NCBI GenBank assembly: GCA_947631655.1
Contig: CANRME010000003.1
Coordinates: forward strand, 1-35,907
Reading direction: 5' to 3'
Source: an uncultured Bacilli bacterium
Lineage (GTDB): Bacteria > Bacillota_I > Bacilli_A > RF39 > UBA660
DNA: 35,907 bases
Shown: positions 27,045-35,907 of the stretch, one piece after another
Position numbering within the stretch: position 1 is the stretch's first letter
Layout: each line of letters starts with the position of its first letter
Program-made: the position numbers and the translations under genes
The notes under the pieces: generated by a model
What the model was told of the DNA's origin: nothing
Database searches by the model: none
Seen by the model: only the letters and a program-made list of their open reading frames with translations

Positions 27045-28265
27045 ATGAAAAAGCTCATGACAAAATCAATTATGACAAAAGCAATTATATCGGTAATGAT
27101 AACTACTACTGTCATAGCCGGTGTAATCGTTACATCAAAAGTAATGGACAATAAAAACTTTGCTAATAAGATCAGCAATCAAAAAGCAGAAAGTTATACG
27201 GAAAAGAAAAATACAGAAGGGGAAACTGCAACCACTGCTATTAAAACAGAAACAAAACAAAATGAGACAGATGAAAAAATAGGAGATGCACAATCAAAAA
27301 CCAAAAGTACTGAAACTACGACGGAACTAGAATTACAAAAAGAAATTGAGAATGCGAAAAAAGCAGTAACCGAAGCAGAAAAAGAATTAGAAACTGCTAA
27401 AACAGAACAAGAAAAAACACAGGCAAAAGCGAAAGTAGAAGCAGCCAAAGAAGAACAAAGAAAAGCAGAGCAAGCAAAAGAAGAGGCAGAAGAAAAAGCA
27501 AAACAAGCAGGAGAAACTACTACAAAAGTGGAAGAAGAAAAACCAAAAACAAGTAGTGAAAGTCAACCTACTGCTACACCTAATACAGTAGAAACTCCAG
27601 CTCCAAAGGCAAATGATTTGGAGACAGTGAAAAAGGCAATAGAAAATACAAGAAATGCAAACACCATGACAGTCACGAATTATATAGAAAATTCAACCAA
27701 ACAATTCAATAAGGCAACAGGCGAAGAACATGCCGTTTATCGTAGCGCTCTAAGCCTTACTGAAAAGGCTGGTACTCTATATTCCTATAAAACCAATAAC
27801 AGCAAAACGCTTTCTTTATTCAAAGAAAATGGTGGTAGTGAATGGAAAATGGTCTTTAGTGGTAAGAGAACCATGGGTGTCATTGAATTAGAATTAATAA
27901 AGAATGCTTATAGTGTAGAAGCAACCGGTGATGGTAACTACAATGTAAAAATTTCTCATAGTGATGCCAAAAGCTGGCTTATGAATTACTATGGAAGTTC
28001 ATCAGTATCTGGTGAAGTAACGATTACTATTAAAACAAATGGTACTTACGTACAGTTAATAAAAGGTACAGTTGGAACGAGAGAAATTAATTTGGCTCTA
28101 AGCGATATTGGTTCTACAACGGTTCCTTCAAGAAGCCAACTTGGTATTGATGAAGGAACAATTAATGCATTAGAAGAAGAATATAAAGCGCATTATGACT
28201 GTGAACGTGAAAACGATTACTGGGTTTGCGGACCACATAAACATGTAAATCAATATAATTTTTAA
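27045..28265 (+). CDS. Membrane-anchored or secreted protein with a charged coiled-coil stalk and a globular C-terminal domain
   Basis: SD AGGAGG, N-terminal hydrophobic helix, K/E/A-rich stalk, P/T linker and a beta-rich C-terminus. Confidence 0.75.
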   Translation: MKKLMTKSIMTKAIISVMITTTVIAGVIVTSKVMDNKNFANKISNQKAESYTEKKNTEGETATTAIKTETKQNETDEKIGDAQSKTKSTETTTELELQKEIENAKKAVTEAEKELETAKTEQEKTQAKAKVEAAKEEQRKAEQAKEEAEEKAKQAGETTTKVEEEKPKTSSESQPTATPNTVETPAPKANDLETVKKAIENTRNANTMTVTNYIENSTKQFNKATGEEHAVYRSALSLTEKAGTLYSYKTNNSKTLSLFKENGGSEWKMVFSGKRTMGVIELELIKNAYSVEATGDGNYNVKISHSDAKSWLMNYYGSSSVSGEVTITIKTNGTYVQLIKGTVGTREINLALSDIGSTTVPSRSQLGIDEGTINALEEEYKAHYDCERENDYWVCGPHKHVNQYNF

Positions 28266-28296
28266 TAAATAGGAATGCAACGAAAATAATAAAAAG

Positions 28297-28332
28297 AAAA
28301 GCCTATACCTTCGAAAGGGTATGGGCTTTTTT
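28297..28332 (+). terminator. Intrinsic terminator
   Basis: AAAAGCCTATACCT-tcgaa-AGGGTATGGGCTTTTTT. Confidence 0.8.
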
Positions 28333-28630
28333 GTGGAAAAAACTTTTTCTTCCCCCAAAAAAATTCAAAATCAAAGTTTGTAACCAGAACCAAATCATGA
28401 AATGAAAAATTCATATCGAAAACAGGACTACGAAAAATCAAAAAGTACCAGAAAATTCATTAGGAAAAAGAATGGATATCAAACAGGAAATCAAAGAGTA
28501 AGAAATGAAATAAGTAAAATCAGATTTTCCTAGAAGAATATAATTTTGAAATCATGACATTTTTAACTGACCGAATAAGTCATAGTATTTTTTTAAAACT
28601 TTGGATATACTTTTCTCATGAGGTGAAACC

Positions 28631-29593
28631 ATGAATCAAGAAAAAATGGGAAAATTTATCGCGGAACTACGCACAGAATGTGGTTATACACAAAAAGAGA
28701 TCGGCAATATGTTAGGTATCACAGACAATTCCGTATCCAAATGGGAAAGAGGAATCAACGCTCCAGATATCTCGATTTTGACGACTCTTTCGGAAATATT
28801 TCATGTGACAGTTCAAGAATTATTAAATGGCGAAAGAAATTTCAAAAAGAAAGAAATTGATAAAACGCATCACCAAAAGGTATTAGAGGTAAAGAATTTA
28901 TCGAAATCCTTTGGTAAAAGAAAAATCCTAAAAAACATTACCTTTGATATTTATGAAGGGGACATTGTCGGTTTGATAGGTCCGAATGGTGCCGGGAAGA
29001 CAACTCTAATAAAAACAATTTTAAGTTTATATCATATGGATAGTGGTAGTGTCAAAATAGGTGGATATGACATTAAAAAAGAATTAGAAAAAGCGTTATC
29101 ACAAACTGGTTCAATTATTGAAAATCCGGATATGTATCAAAATATCAGTGGAAGAAAGAATCTAAAGATTACCTCACTCATCAATGACATTAAGGATAAA
29201 GACTATATCGAAAAGATCATTCGCTTCGTCAAATTAGAAGACCGTATCGATGACAAAGTAAAAAAATATTCTCTAGGAATGAAACAACGACTAGGTTTAG
29301 CAAACGCCTTAATCAAAAGACCCAAACTTTTAATTTTAGATGAACCAACCAACGGATTAGATCCCGCGGGAATAAAAGAATTAAGAGAAATTCTAAAGAA
29401 AATCAACCACGAAGAAAATATGAGTATTTTAATTAGTAGCCACATCTTATCCGAAGTAGAAAATATCTGTGATCGTATTTTGATTATCGATGAAGGAAAA
29501 ATAAATAGCGACTTCGGTATTGAAGAAGTAAAATATAAAAATATCAGCCTAGAAGATGAGTTTTTCTCAAAAATAAAAAAAGAGAAAGAATAG
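28631..29593 (+). CDS. XRE-HTH fused to a BcrA-like ABC ATPase
   Basis: N-terminal HTH (TQKEIGNMLGITDNSVSKWERG..PD), then GPNGAGKT, YSLGMKQR, LDEPTNGLDP and SSH. Confidence 0.9.
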   Translation: MNQEKMGKFIAELRTECGYTQKEIGNMLGITDNSVSKWERGINAPDISILTTLSEIFHVTVQELLNGERNFKKKEIDKTHHQKVLEVKNLSKSFGKRKILKNITFDIYEGDIVGLIGPNGAGKTTLIKTILSLYHMDSGSVKIGGYDIKKELEKALSQTGSIIENPDMYQNISGRKNLKITSLINDIKDKDYIEKIIRFVKLEDRIDDKVKKYSLGMKQRLGLANALIKRPKLLILDEPTNGLDPAGIKELREILKKINHEENMSILISSHILSEVENICDRILIIDEGKINSDFGIEEVKYKNISLEDEFFSKIKKEKE

Positions 29594-29612
29594 AAAAAGG
29601 AGTGAACGATAA

Positions 29613-31232
29613 GTGAAAATAATCAAATTAATTCAAAGTGAATTTATCAAAAACTATACCCTAAAAAAGATCATAGGAATCATCCTTATTGTTTCTCTTT
29701 TTAGTATCGGGTTGGTAGAATTTATGAACCTGTTTTACTTTCAAAAAGGACAAGAAATCGAACTCATAGATAACCAGATGGAAATTCGTAATCAGGAATT
29801 AGCGCAAAAAGAAAATCGAACACTAGAAGAAGATTATGAATTATATCTAAATCGAATCAAAAAAGAAGCGTATCAATATTTAACCGAAAAGAAAATAACA
29901 ACCTTAACAGATTGGCATACCAGTATCGTTTTCGATTTACGCGCCGATTTACAAGAAAATTATTTATATAAATTGATTCGAGATAAAATAGAGGATTCCT
30001 TTATTTCAGGAATTTGTTCCAATGAAAACTATAAGCCAACGGAGTACGGGGATGGATATGCCGCTACCTTTGTGGGCACTCTTTCTACTGATTGTGCTTA
30101 TTATTACGACGGTACTTTAGAAGAAAAAATAGAGTATTTAGAAAAAGAAATCGAAGCATATGAAAAACTTTTAAAAGAAGATAAATTTTATCTTTACTTA
30201 CAATATCTAATTGATACAGAACAAATCTTTGATGATGATATTGAGATTGCCCAACTCATCATTGATAAAAAAATTGAAAATATGTGGGATGCCCGAGCCC
30301 TCAATTACATAAAATATTCTTTCTATCAAACTGAATCCATCCTCAGTGAAGAGAAATTTCGAAAGATGCAAGAATTTTATCATTTTCCTTCCTATCAAGA
30401 TTATGTAAGATTTACGAAATACAATAATGAAGAAGCAAAAAAATCCAAAGCAATTCTCCGCTATAGCATAGAAAATAACATAGAAAATGATTTACCATCA
30501 AACAATACACATAATTATGGAATTTGGAGTATGATGAATAGTTCCTACAATGTTGTAACAAGTAAGAAAATGGTAAATGAGGTGTTTCACCTAACTATCA
30601 TTGTTCTTATATTAGTGTGTATCACAAGTAGCGGAATCGTAAGCGGAGAACATAGTAAAGGAACAATCAAAAATATGATTACTACCCCAGTAAAAAGATA
30701 TAAAATTTTACTTAGTAAGTTTATTTATTTGATTCTTCATACTTATATTATTTGGTTCATTGGATTAGTGGCTTTAAGTATTTATTCAGGTATTCGATTT
30801 GGTTTTAGTGATTTGTTTACTCCTAAATTAATTGATTCTGGTGGAAAAGTAATCGAAGTAAATTATTATTTATACTTATTGAAAGATATGTTTTTTGCCG
30901 GTATTCCTGTCATTGCCTTTTTAAGTATCTTATTTTTCTTATCAACTGTGACACTCAATACGGCAGTTACGACCAGTGTTATGACTATTTTAGCAATTAT
31001 CCCATCCATTTTATACTACGCTTGTGCCCATTTAAATTTGAATTTTCTTGTTTATACCCCTCTCTTATACTTTGACTGTGGTTATCTATTTGATAAACAG
31101 GAATTTTATATAGATATTTTAAAGAAAGTAGATATGAATTTAGGTTTAGGTATCCTCGTCTCTCTAATCACAATCGTTATTCTATACACAATAACCAATG
31201 TAGTTTATATCAAACGAGATATTAAAAATTAA
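29613..31232 (+). CDS. ABC-2-type permease with a large extracellular domain
   Basis: GTG start with SD AAGGAG; GIVSGEHSKGTIK...PVKR.KILLSK; terminal KRDI. Confidence 0.88.
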   Translation: MKIIKLIQSEFIKNYTLKKIIGIILIVSLFSIGLVEFMNLFYFQKGQEIELIDNQMEIRNQELAQKENRTLEEDYELYLNRIKKEAYQYLTEKKITTLTDWHTSIVFDLRADLQENYLYKLIRDKIEDSFISGICSNENYKPTEYGDGYAATFVGTLSTDCAYYYDGTLEEKIEYLEKEIEAYEKLLKEDKFYLYLQYLIDTEQIFDDDIEIAQLIIDKKIENMWDARALNYIKYSFYQTESILSEEKFRKMQEFYHFPSYQDYVRFTKYNNEEAKKSKAILRYSIENNIENDLPSNNTHNYGIWSMMNSSYNVVTSKKMVNEVFHLTIIVLILVCITSSGIVSGEHSKGTIKNMITTPVKRYKILLSKFIYLILHTYIIWFIGLVALSIYSGIRFGFSDLFTPKLIDSGGKVIEVNYYLYLLKDMFFAGIPVIAFLSILFFLSTVTLNTAVTTSVMTILAIIPSILYYACAHLNLNFLVYTPLLYFDCGYLFDKQEFYIDILKKVDMNLGLGILVSLITIVILYTITNVVYIKRDIKN

Positions 31233-31517
31233 AAAATTACGAATCCTTACTTTCAAAAAAAGATAATAAGAGATTTAAAAAAATTCCGCAAAAAAATAAT
31301 GATGCCAAAAGAAGCGAAAGAAGAAACATAATTAACAAAAAAGGTTCCACAAAAAGAAACAGAACGATGCAAAAAGAACGACAAAAAAGAAAATAAAGAG
31401 AAATCAAAAAATAAAAAAAGGGACCAAAAAATCAAAAAGAGGTTACATCGAAGTGAACCCAAATCGTTCACATCAGCCTCTTTTCATTTTGCGACATCTC
31501 TACATAAGGAACAAGAG

Positions 31518-32456
31518 TTATTCTTTTACCGCAAACAAAACAATTTCTGTAGGAAAAACCGCATTTCCATAGTATCTTAGATCAAAAAAATATCCATCCC
31601 ACATTTCGTAAATCAGTTTTGGTATCTTCCACAAATCTTCATGATTATGGTAAACAGAAATAGCTAACTTCGGATGTTCTTCCGTAATATGACGTTTCGC
31701 ACCAAGAAGTGCTTTGGTCTCTGACCCTTCAATATCCATTTTTAGAAAGGTAATAGGTTCTTTTATATCCTCATCCAAAGTAACAGTTTCAATGGCGTTT
31801 TCCTCTTTCCCTTCCTTCCATACAATATTGGCAGAAGCATCTACTGCATTTTTTTCAATATAAAGAATCCCACTTTCATCCGAAACCGCTTTCTTTTGAC
31901 AAAGAATATTAGGATAATAAGAAAGAGATTTCTTTAAAGAAGTAAAACTTTCTTCCGTCACTTCATAACCATAAATTTTTTGATAACAATGACTCCCATA
32001 CTGTGTGAGATAATCCATAATAGTATCTCCAACATAAGCACCTAAATCCACAAAAACTTCTTTTTCATCACAAGAAATCAAATCGAAATCAAAATAATGA
32101 GAATAATTTTTTTCACCACACGTACCTAATGTTTCAAAATCGAAACGATACCAATTACTTAAAATCGCGTATAATACTTTTTTAGAACGATAATCACCAA
32201 GTTTTTGGTAAAGCCAAGCGTAATCTTCTATATGTTCTTTCAATGAAATACTTCGTAAATACAATTCGTCATAAATTCCTTCTGAACGTTTTAATTTTCC
32301 CCAATAAGGAAAAGTCTGAAAATAATTTTCCAAAGAATCTTGTGTTTGTTTGGGAATATGAAAATACTGTTGATAAATAGAAGTATAAATTTCCTGTAGA
32401 CTTTTCGACCGAATTTCATTTACTAATGAAAAAAAAGATTGATCAATTTGATTCAT
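31518..32456 (-). CDS. FkbM-family methyltransferase
   Basis: FVDLGAYVGDT, KMDIEGSE..AL.GA and PKLAISVYH. Confidence 0.9.
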   Translation of the reverse strand: MNQIDQSFFSLVNEIRSKSLQEIYTSIYQQYFHIPKQTQDSLENYFQTFPYWGKLKRSEGIYDELYLRSISLKEHIEDYAWLYQKLGDYRSKKVLYAILSNWYRFDFETLGTCGEKNYSHYFDFDLISCDEKEVFVDLGAYVGDTIMDYLTQYGSHCYQKIYGYEVTEESFTSLKKSLSYYPNILCQKKAVSDESGILYIEKNAVDASANIVWKEGKEENAIETVTLDEDIKEPITFLKMDIEGSETKALLGAKRHITEEHPKLAISVYHNHEDLWKIPKLIYEMWDGYFFDLRYYGNAVFPTEIVLFAVKE

Positions 32457-32474
32457 AAATTTCTCCTCAATATA

Positions 32475-32503
32475 ACTCTATGAAAAGAAAGAAAACTTCA
32501 TGC
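32475..32503 (-). promoter_or_regulatory. Candidate sporulation-sigma (SigE-like) promoter of the FkbM gene
   Basis: Minus-strand GCATG-16-CATAGAGT, just upstream of SD GAGGAG. Confidence 0.4.
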
Positions 32504-32716
32504 CGATTATGTAGATAAAAAATACCATTTCATTTCAATTTATGGAAATATGGAAAATAAGAAAAACAATAGGAAAAAGCAATCCTTAGACAATGATATA
32601 TTGAAAATGCAACCTCAATTCCACATCGAAAGCCTAACATCACTTCCTTCATTTACGAATGGATGGATCTGTGATATACTAAAAAAGAAAACAGAATTAA
32701 ATAAAAATAGGAGGCT

Positions 32717-33718
32717 ATGATGGATTTTATTGAACAAATAAAAAACCAAGTAAAAGATAAAAAAAAGACGATTGTTTTAGCAGAGACAGAGGATATCAGA
32801 ACATTAAAAGCCGCTGCGATTGTAAAAAAAGAAGATTTTGCCAATACAATATTAGTAGGGGATGAGAATGAGATTCAAAAATTAGCTTTGGAGAATCAAG
32901 TAGATATTGAAGGAATACGAATCATCAATCCAAAAACATTCTCTGACTTTGCGAAATTAAAATCTACTTTTTATGAATTGAGAAAGGCAAAGGGATTAAC
33001 GGAAGAAGAAGCCGAGAGACTTTTACTAGAAGACAAATTATATTTTGGAAATTTATTAGTAAAATGCGGTTATGCGGATGGACTAGTAGCAGGAGCAGTA
33101 AATAGTAGTGCCAATGTATTAAGACCAGCACTACAAATTATTAAAACAGCAAGCGATAGCAAAATGGTTTCTTCCTTTTTCTTGATGGATGTACCAAACT
33201 GTGAATATGGTTCAAAGGGAGTCTTTGTTTATTCTGATTGTGGAATGGTTCAAAATCCGACGAGTGAAGAATTGGTAGAAATTGCGGCAACGAGTGCCAA
33301 GACATTTGAACGATTAGTTGGAGAGAAGGCAAAAATAGCAATGTTATCTCATTCTACTTTAGGTTCTGCCAAACACCCAGATGTGGATAAAGTGAGAACA
33401 GCCGTAGAATTGGCACATCGCACTTATCCAGAGTTAGATATTGATGGAGAGTTTCAATTGGATGCCGCCATTGTTCCTAGCGTAGCAGAAAGAAAGGCAC
33501 CAAATAGTAAAGTAGCAGGTCATGCCAACGTATTGATTTTTCCAGATTTAGACGCCGGAAACATTGCTTATAAATTAACAGAACGACTTGCCCATGCCAA
33601 AGCGTATGGACCAATTACGCAAGGTCTAGCCAAACCAGTGAATGATCTATCGAGAGGATGTAACGAACAAGACATTGCAGGAGTCGTTGCCATTACCGCT
33701 TTCCAATGCGAAGAATAA
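32717..33718 (+). CDS. pta: Phosphate acetyltransferase
   Basis: DGEFQLDAA, ANVLIFPDLDAGNIAYK and GPITQGLAKPVNDLSRGC. Confidence 0.97.
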   Translation: MMDFIEQIKNQVKDKKKTIVLAETEDIRTLKAAAIVKKEDFANTILVGDENEIQKLALENQVDIEGIRIINPKTFSDFAKLKSTFYELRKAKGLTEEEAERLLLEDKLYFGNLLVKCGYADGLVAGAVNSSANVLRPALQIIKTASDSKMVSSFFLMDVPNCEYGSKGVFVYSDCGMVQNPTSEELVEIAATSAKTFERLVGEKAKIAMLSHSTLGSAKHPDVDKVRTAVELAHRTYPELDIDGEFQLDAAIVPSVAERKAPNSKVAGHANVLIFPDLDAGNIAYKLTERLAHAKAYGPITQGLAKPVNDLSRGCNEQDIAGVVAITAFQCEE

Positions 33719-33723
33719 AAAAT

Positions 33724-33754
33724 AAGGAAAGAGAAAAGAAGTCTTTCCTTTTTT
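33724..33754 (+). terminator. Intrinsic terminator after pta
   Basis: AAGGAAAGA-N9-TCTTTCCTT followed by a T-run. Confidence 0.75.
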
Positions 33755-33781
33755 GTTTCAAAAAAAAACGATAAGTCAAAG

Positions 33782-33881
33782 GAGAAAAAATCATAAATAA
33801 AAGAGAAAAAATCATAAATAAAAGAGAAAGAATCATAAATAAGAGAGAAAAAAACAATAAATAAAGGAAAAAATCATAAAT
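33782..33881. repeat. 21-bp tandem repeat, about 4.5 copies, decaying to the right
   Basis: The unit GAGAAAAAATCATAAATAAAA occurs at 33782 and 33803, with variants at 33824, 33845 and ~33867. Confidence 0.8.
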
Positions 33882-33987
33882 TTTCTTTCAAAGAAGAAAA
33901 AAGAAAAGATCGATATTCACACAAAAGTGGATAAAATAACATAATTCAACCACAAATTTATGATAATATAACAAATAGGAGGAGAGA

Positions 33988-35583
33988 ATGTTGAAAAAAA
34001 ATATCATTCACTTATTGGTAACCGCTTTTGTTGGTGCCATCATGTACTATATTAGTTTGCCAGCCTTAAATATACAAAGTATGGGATTTTGGATGTTTTT
34101 ATCTTTCTTGATAATACTCTATGCGACCTTAGATTTCTTTTTCTCTTTTTTCGAACGAAGAAGTAGAAATTCACCGAAAGTACCCATCGTTTTAGGACTA
34201 GTTGTAGGATCTATTTTTGTTCTCATCCCGGTTGTAAATTTTTTTCTATCTCCCTTATTTCATGCTAATGAATACGGAAATAGAATTCAAATCAATGAAG
34301 AAAAAGAATTCACAAAAGAAATCGAACCAGTGGATTTTAATTCCATCCCATTACTAGATAAAGCATCTAGTCAAAAATTGGGAGATCGTGTGATGGGTCA
34401 AATGCCAGAATTAGTATCACAATTCTATGTATCAGATCTATACACACAAATCAATTATAATGATAGTATTGTCCGAGTAACCCCTTTAGAATATAATGGA
34501 CTATTCAAATATTTTTCTAATCGCAAGGGAGGAGTCAAAGGATATATTATCGTTGACTCTGTGACTGGAAAGTCGAGTTTGAAAAAACTTACGAAAGGAA
34601 TGAAATATGTTGATTCCGCTTACTTTAACGATAATCTAGCAAGACATCTAAGATTTTCTTATCCAACTAAAATATTTGGTGAAAAGACATTTGAAATTGA
34701 TAATCAGGGAAATCCATACTGGATTGTGCCAACGATGAAATATAAGGGGATTGGTCAGAAAGCAGAAATTGCCAGTATCATTATTATGGACCCAATTGAT
34801 GGAAGTTCAAAAGAATACAAAGTAGAAGATGTACCTGTATGGGTAGATCATGTATACTCTGCTTCATTAATTCTGGAACAAGTGGATGACTGGGGAAGAT
34901 ACCAACAAGGATTCTGGAATTCGATGATTGGTCAAAAGAATGTTGTTCAGACTACGCGCGGATACAATTACATGACGATGAACGATGATGTTTACCTATA
35001 TACAGGAATTACATCCGTGTCAACCGATGAATCAAATATTGGATTCATTTTAACGAATATGCGAACCAAAGAAACAAATTTCTATGTCGTTCCTGGAGCT
35101 GAGGAATATTCCGCCATGGATAGCGCAAGAGGACAAGTACAACAAATGAATTATGATGCTAGTTTTCCACTACTCATTAATTTAAACAATCGACCAACTT
35201 ATTTATTAAGCTTAAAAGATGCGGCAGGATTAGTAAAAATGTATGCCTTTGTCGATGTAGAAGATTATCAAAAAGTAGAGATAACGGATGCATCCGAAGG
35301 AATCGAAAAAGCAGCGCAAAATTATTTAAATAAAGTAAATTTTACAACAACGGAAAAATCAGAAAATGATATAGAAAAAGAAATCACCATTCAGAGAATC
35401 ACGACATCAGTAATAGATGGAATAAGTTATTATTACTTTGTAGATGAAAATGGTCAAAAATATAGAGCAAACATCCATATCGAAGAGAAGTTACTTCCAT
35501 TTTTAACAAGTGGAGATCAAGTAAAAGTTCGTTATGAAAAAGAAAACGACGTGATTGAATTAAAAGAAATCAAAGAGATTTAG
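33988..35583 (+). CDS. Conserved membrane protein (3 N-terminal TM, large extracellular domain), function unknown
   Basis: SD AGGAGG; 531 aa; hydrophobic N-terminus; conserved-looking motifs GAEEYSAMDSA and LKDAAGLVK. Confidence 0.75.
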   Translation: MLKKNIIHLLVTAFVGAIMYYISLPALNIQSMGFWMFLSFLIILYATLDFFFSFFERRSRNSPKVPIVLGLVVGSIFVLIPVVNFFLSPLFHANEYGNRIQINEEKEFTKEIEPVDFNSIPLLDKASSQKLGDRVMGQMPELVSQFYVSDLYTQINYNDSIVRVTPLEYNGLFKYFSNRKGGVKGYIIVDSVTGKSSLKKLTKGMKYVDSAYFNDNLARHLRFSYPTKIFGEKTFEIDNQGNPYWIVPTMKYKGIGQKAEIASIIIMDPIDGSSKEYKVEDVPVWVDHVYSASLILEQVDDWGRYQQGFWNSMIGQKNVVQTTRGYNYMTMNDDVYLYTGITSVSTDESNIGFILTNMRTKETNFYVVPGAEEYSAMDSARGQVQQMNYDASFPLLINLNNRPTYLLSLKDAAGLVKMYAFVDVEDYQKVEITDASEGIEKAAQNYLNKVNFTTTEKSENDIEKEITIQRITTSVIDGISYYYFVDENGQKYRANIHIEEKLLPFLTSGDQVKVRYEKENDVIELKEIKEI

Positions 35584-35636
35584 AAAATAGATTTAATTCA
35601 ATCGATTTCGTTAAATGATAAGAATCCGAATAATAT

Positions 35637-35672
35637 GAACCCCATTTCTTGGACAAAGAAATGAGGTTTTTT
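35637..35672 (+). terminator. Intrinsic terminator
   Basis: AACCCCATTTCTT-ggaca-AAGAAATGAGGTTTTTT. Confidence 0.75.
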
Positions 35673-35819
35673 ATATGAGTAAATTAAGTTGTGAAGAAAA
35701 GAAGTGCAAAGGAGAACAAAAGAAGAGAAAATACCATATGATAACAATAAAAGGAAACAAAAAGAGCAATTTATGTAAAAAATTATGTAGAAAAAGGTAA
35801 AAAAAAGTAAAAAAGGGAG

Positions 35820-35848
35820 TTGACGGGTGGAAAAAGAAATGATATATT
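35820..35848 (+). promoter_or_regulatory. Strong SigA promoter reading out of the window
   Basis: TTGACG-17-TATATT with an extended TG and upstream A-tracts. Confidence 0.55.
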
Positions 35849-35907
35849 AAATGGGCATTCCAAGGAAAAAGGGATGAAAGAAGGGTATGTCAAACGGAAA
35901 AAAGGAA

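Noticed and set aside
503-33341. Short antisense or nested ORFs (503, 2328, 6915, 8770, 12187, 20975, 21225, 22858, 24635, 25934, 26328, 27194, 28170, 28678, 29203, 30207, 31253, 32653, 33141)
   Set aside because: They are shadows of well-supported genes or of A-rich spacers, with no recognisable motifs.
33782-33881. Possible CRISPR array
   Set aside because: The units are contiguous with no unique spacers, are only 21 bp and low-complexity, and no cas genes are present.
35820-35907. Start of an rRNA operon
   Set aside because: The promoter is compatible, but no rRNA or leader signature lies within the window.

Overview
Low-GC, spore-forming Firmicute (Bacillota) chromosome segment; gut Bacilli-like is my impression only. 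It holds two serine-recombinase insertion hotspots followed by mostly ordinary genes. (1) 1-~1520 is the right end of a large-serine-recombinase (LSR) element with a HEPN-like cargo gene. It appears to be inserted inside an Amidase_3/5xLysM gene: the 3' half resumes in frame at 1522, next to the spore cortex hydrolase cwlJ, in the manner of a skin-like interrupted sporulation gene. (2) A ~16.9 kb two-tier island sits at the 3' end of tRNA-Trp(CCA), marked by three CTGCCA cores (3357, 9023, 20235). Tier 1 (3363-9028) is a minimal element with XRE regulators, a Rep-like wHTH protein, a CGNR Zn-finger protein and an LSR. The LSR reading frame runs through attR, so excision would swap its C-terminal tail for a 26-codon tail stored just behind the tRNA. 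Tier 2 (9029-20240) is a recombinase-less defence cassette. A RecQ-like helicase, a NERD-SF1 helicase and a Sau3AI-like endonuclease form one operon. Divergent from it are a Sau3AI-like C5 methyltransferase (with GATC in its own -35 box), a PD-(D/E)xK-like nuclease and a Ser/Thr kinase. The rest contains an ECF sigma/anti-sigma pair, a two-component system with a MacB-type ABC transporter, an XRE-HTH/ABC-ATPase fusion with its permease, an FkbM methyltransferase, pta and a conserved membrane protein. All family calls come from motif recognition by eye; no searches were run.
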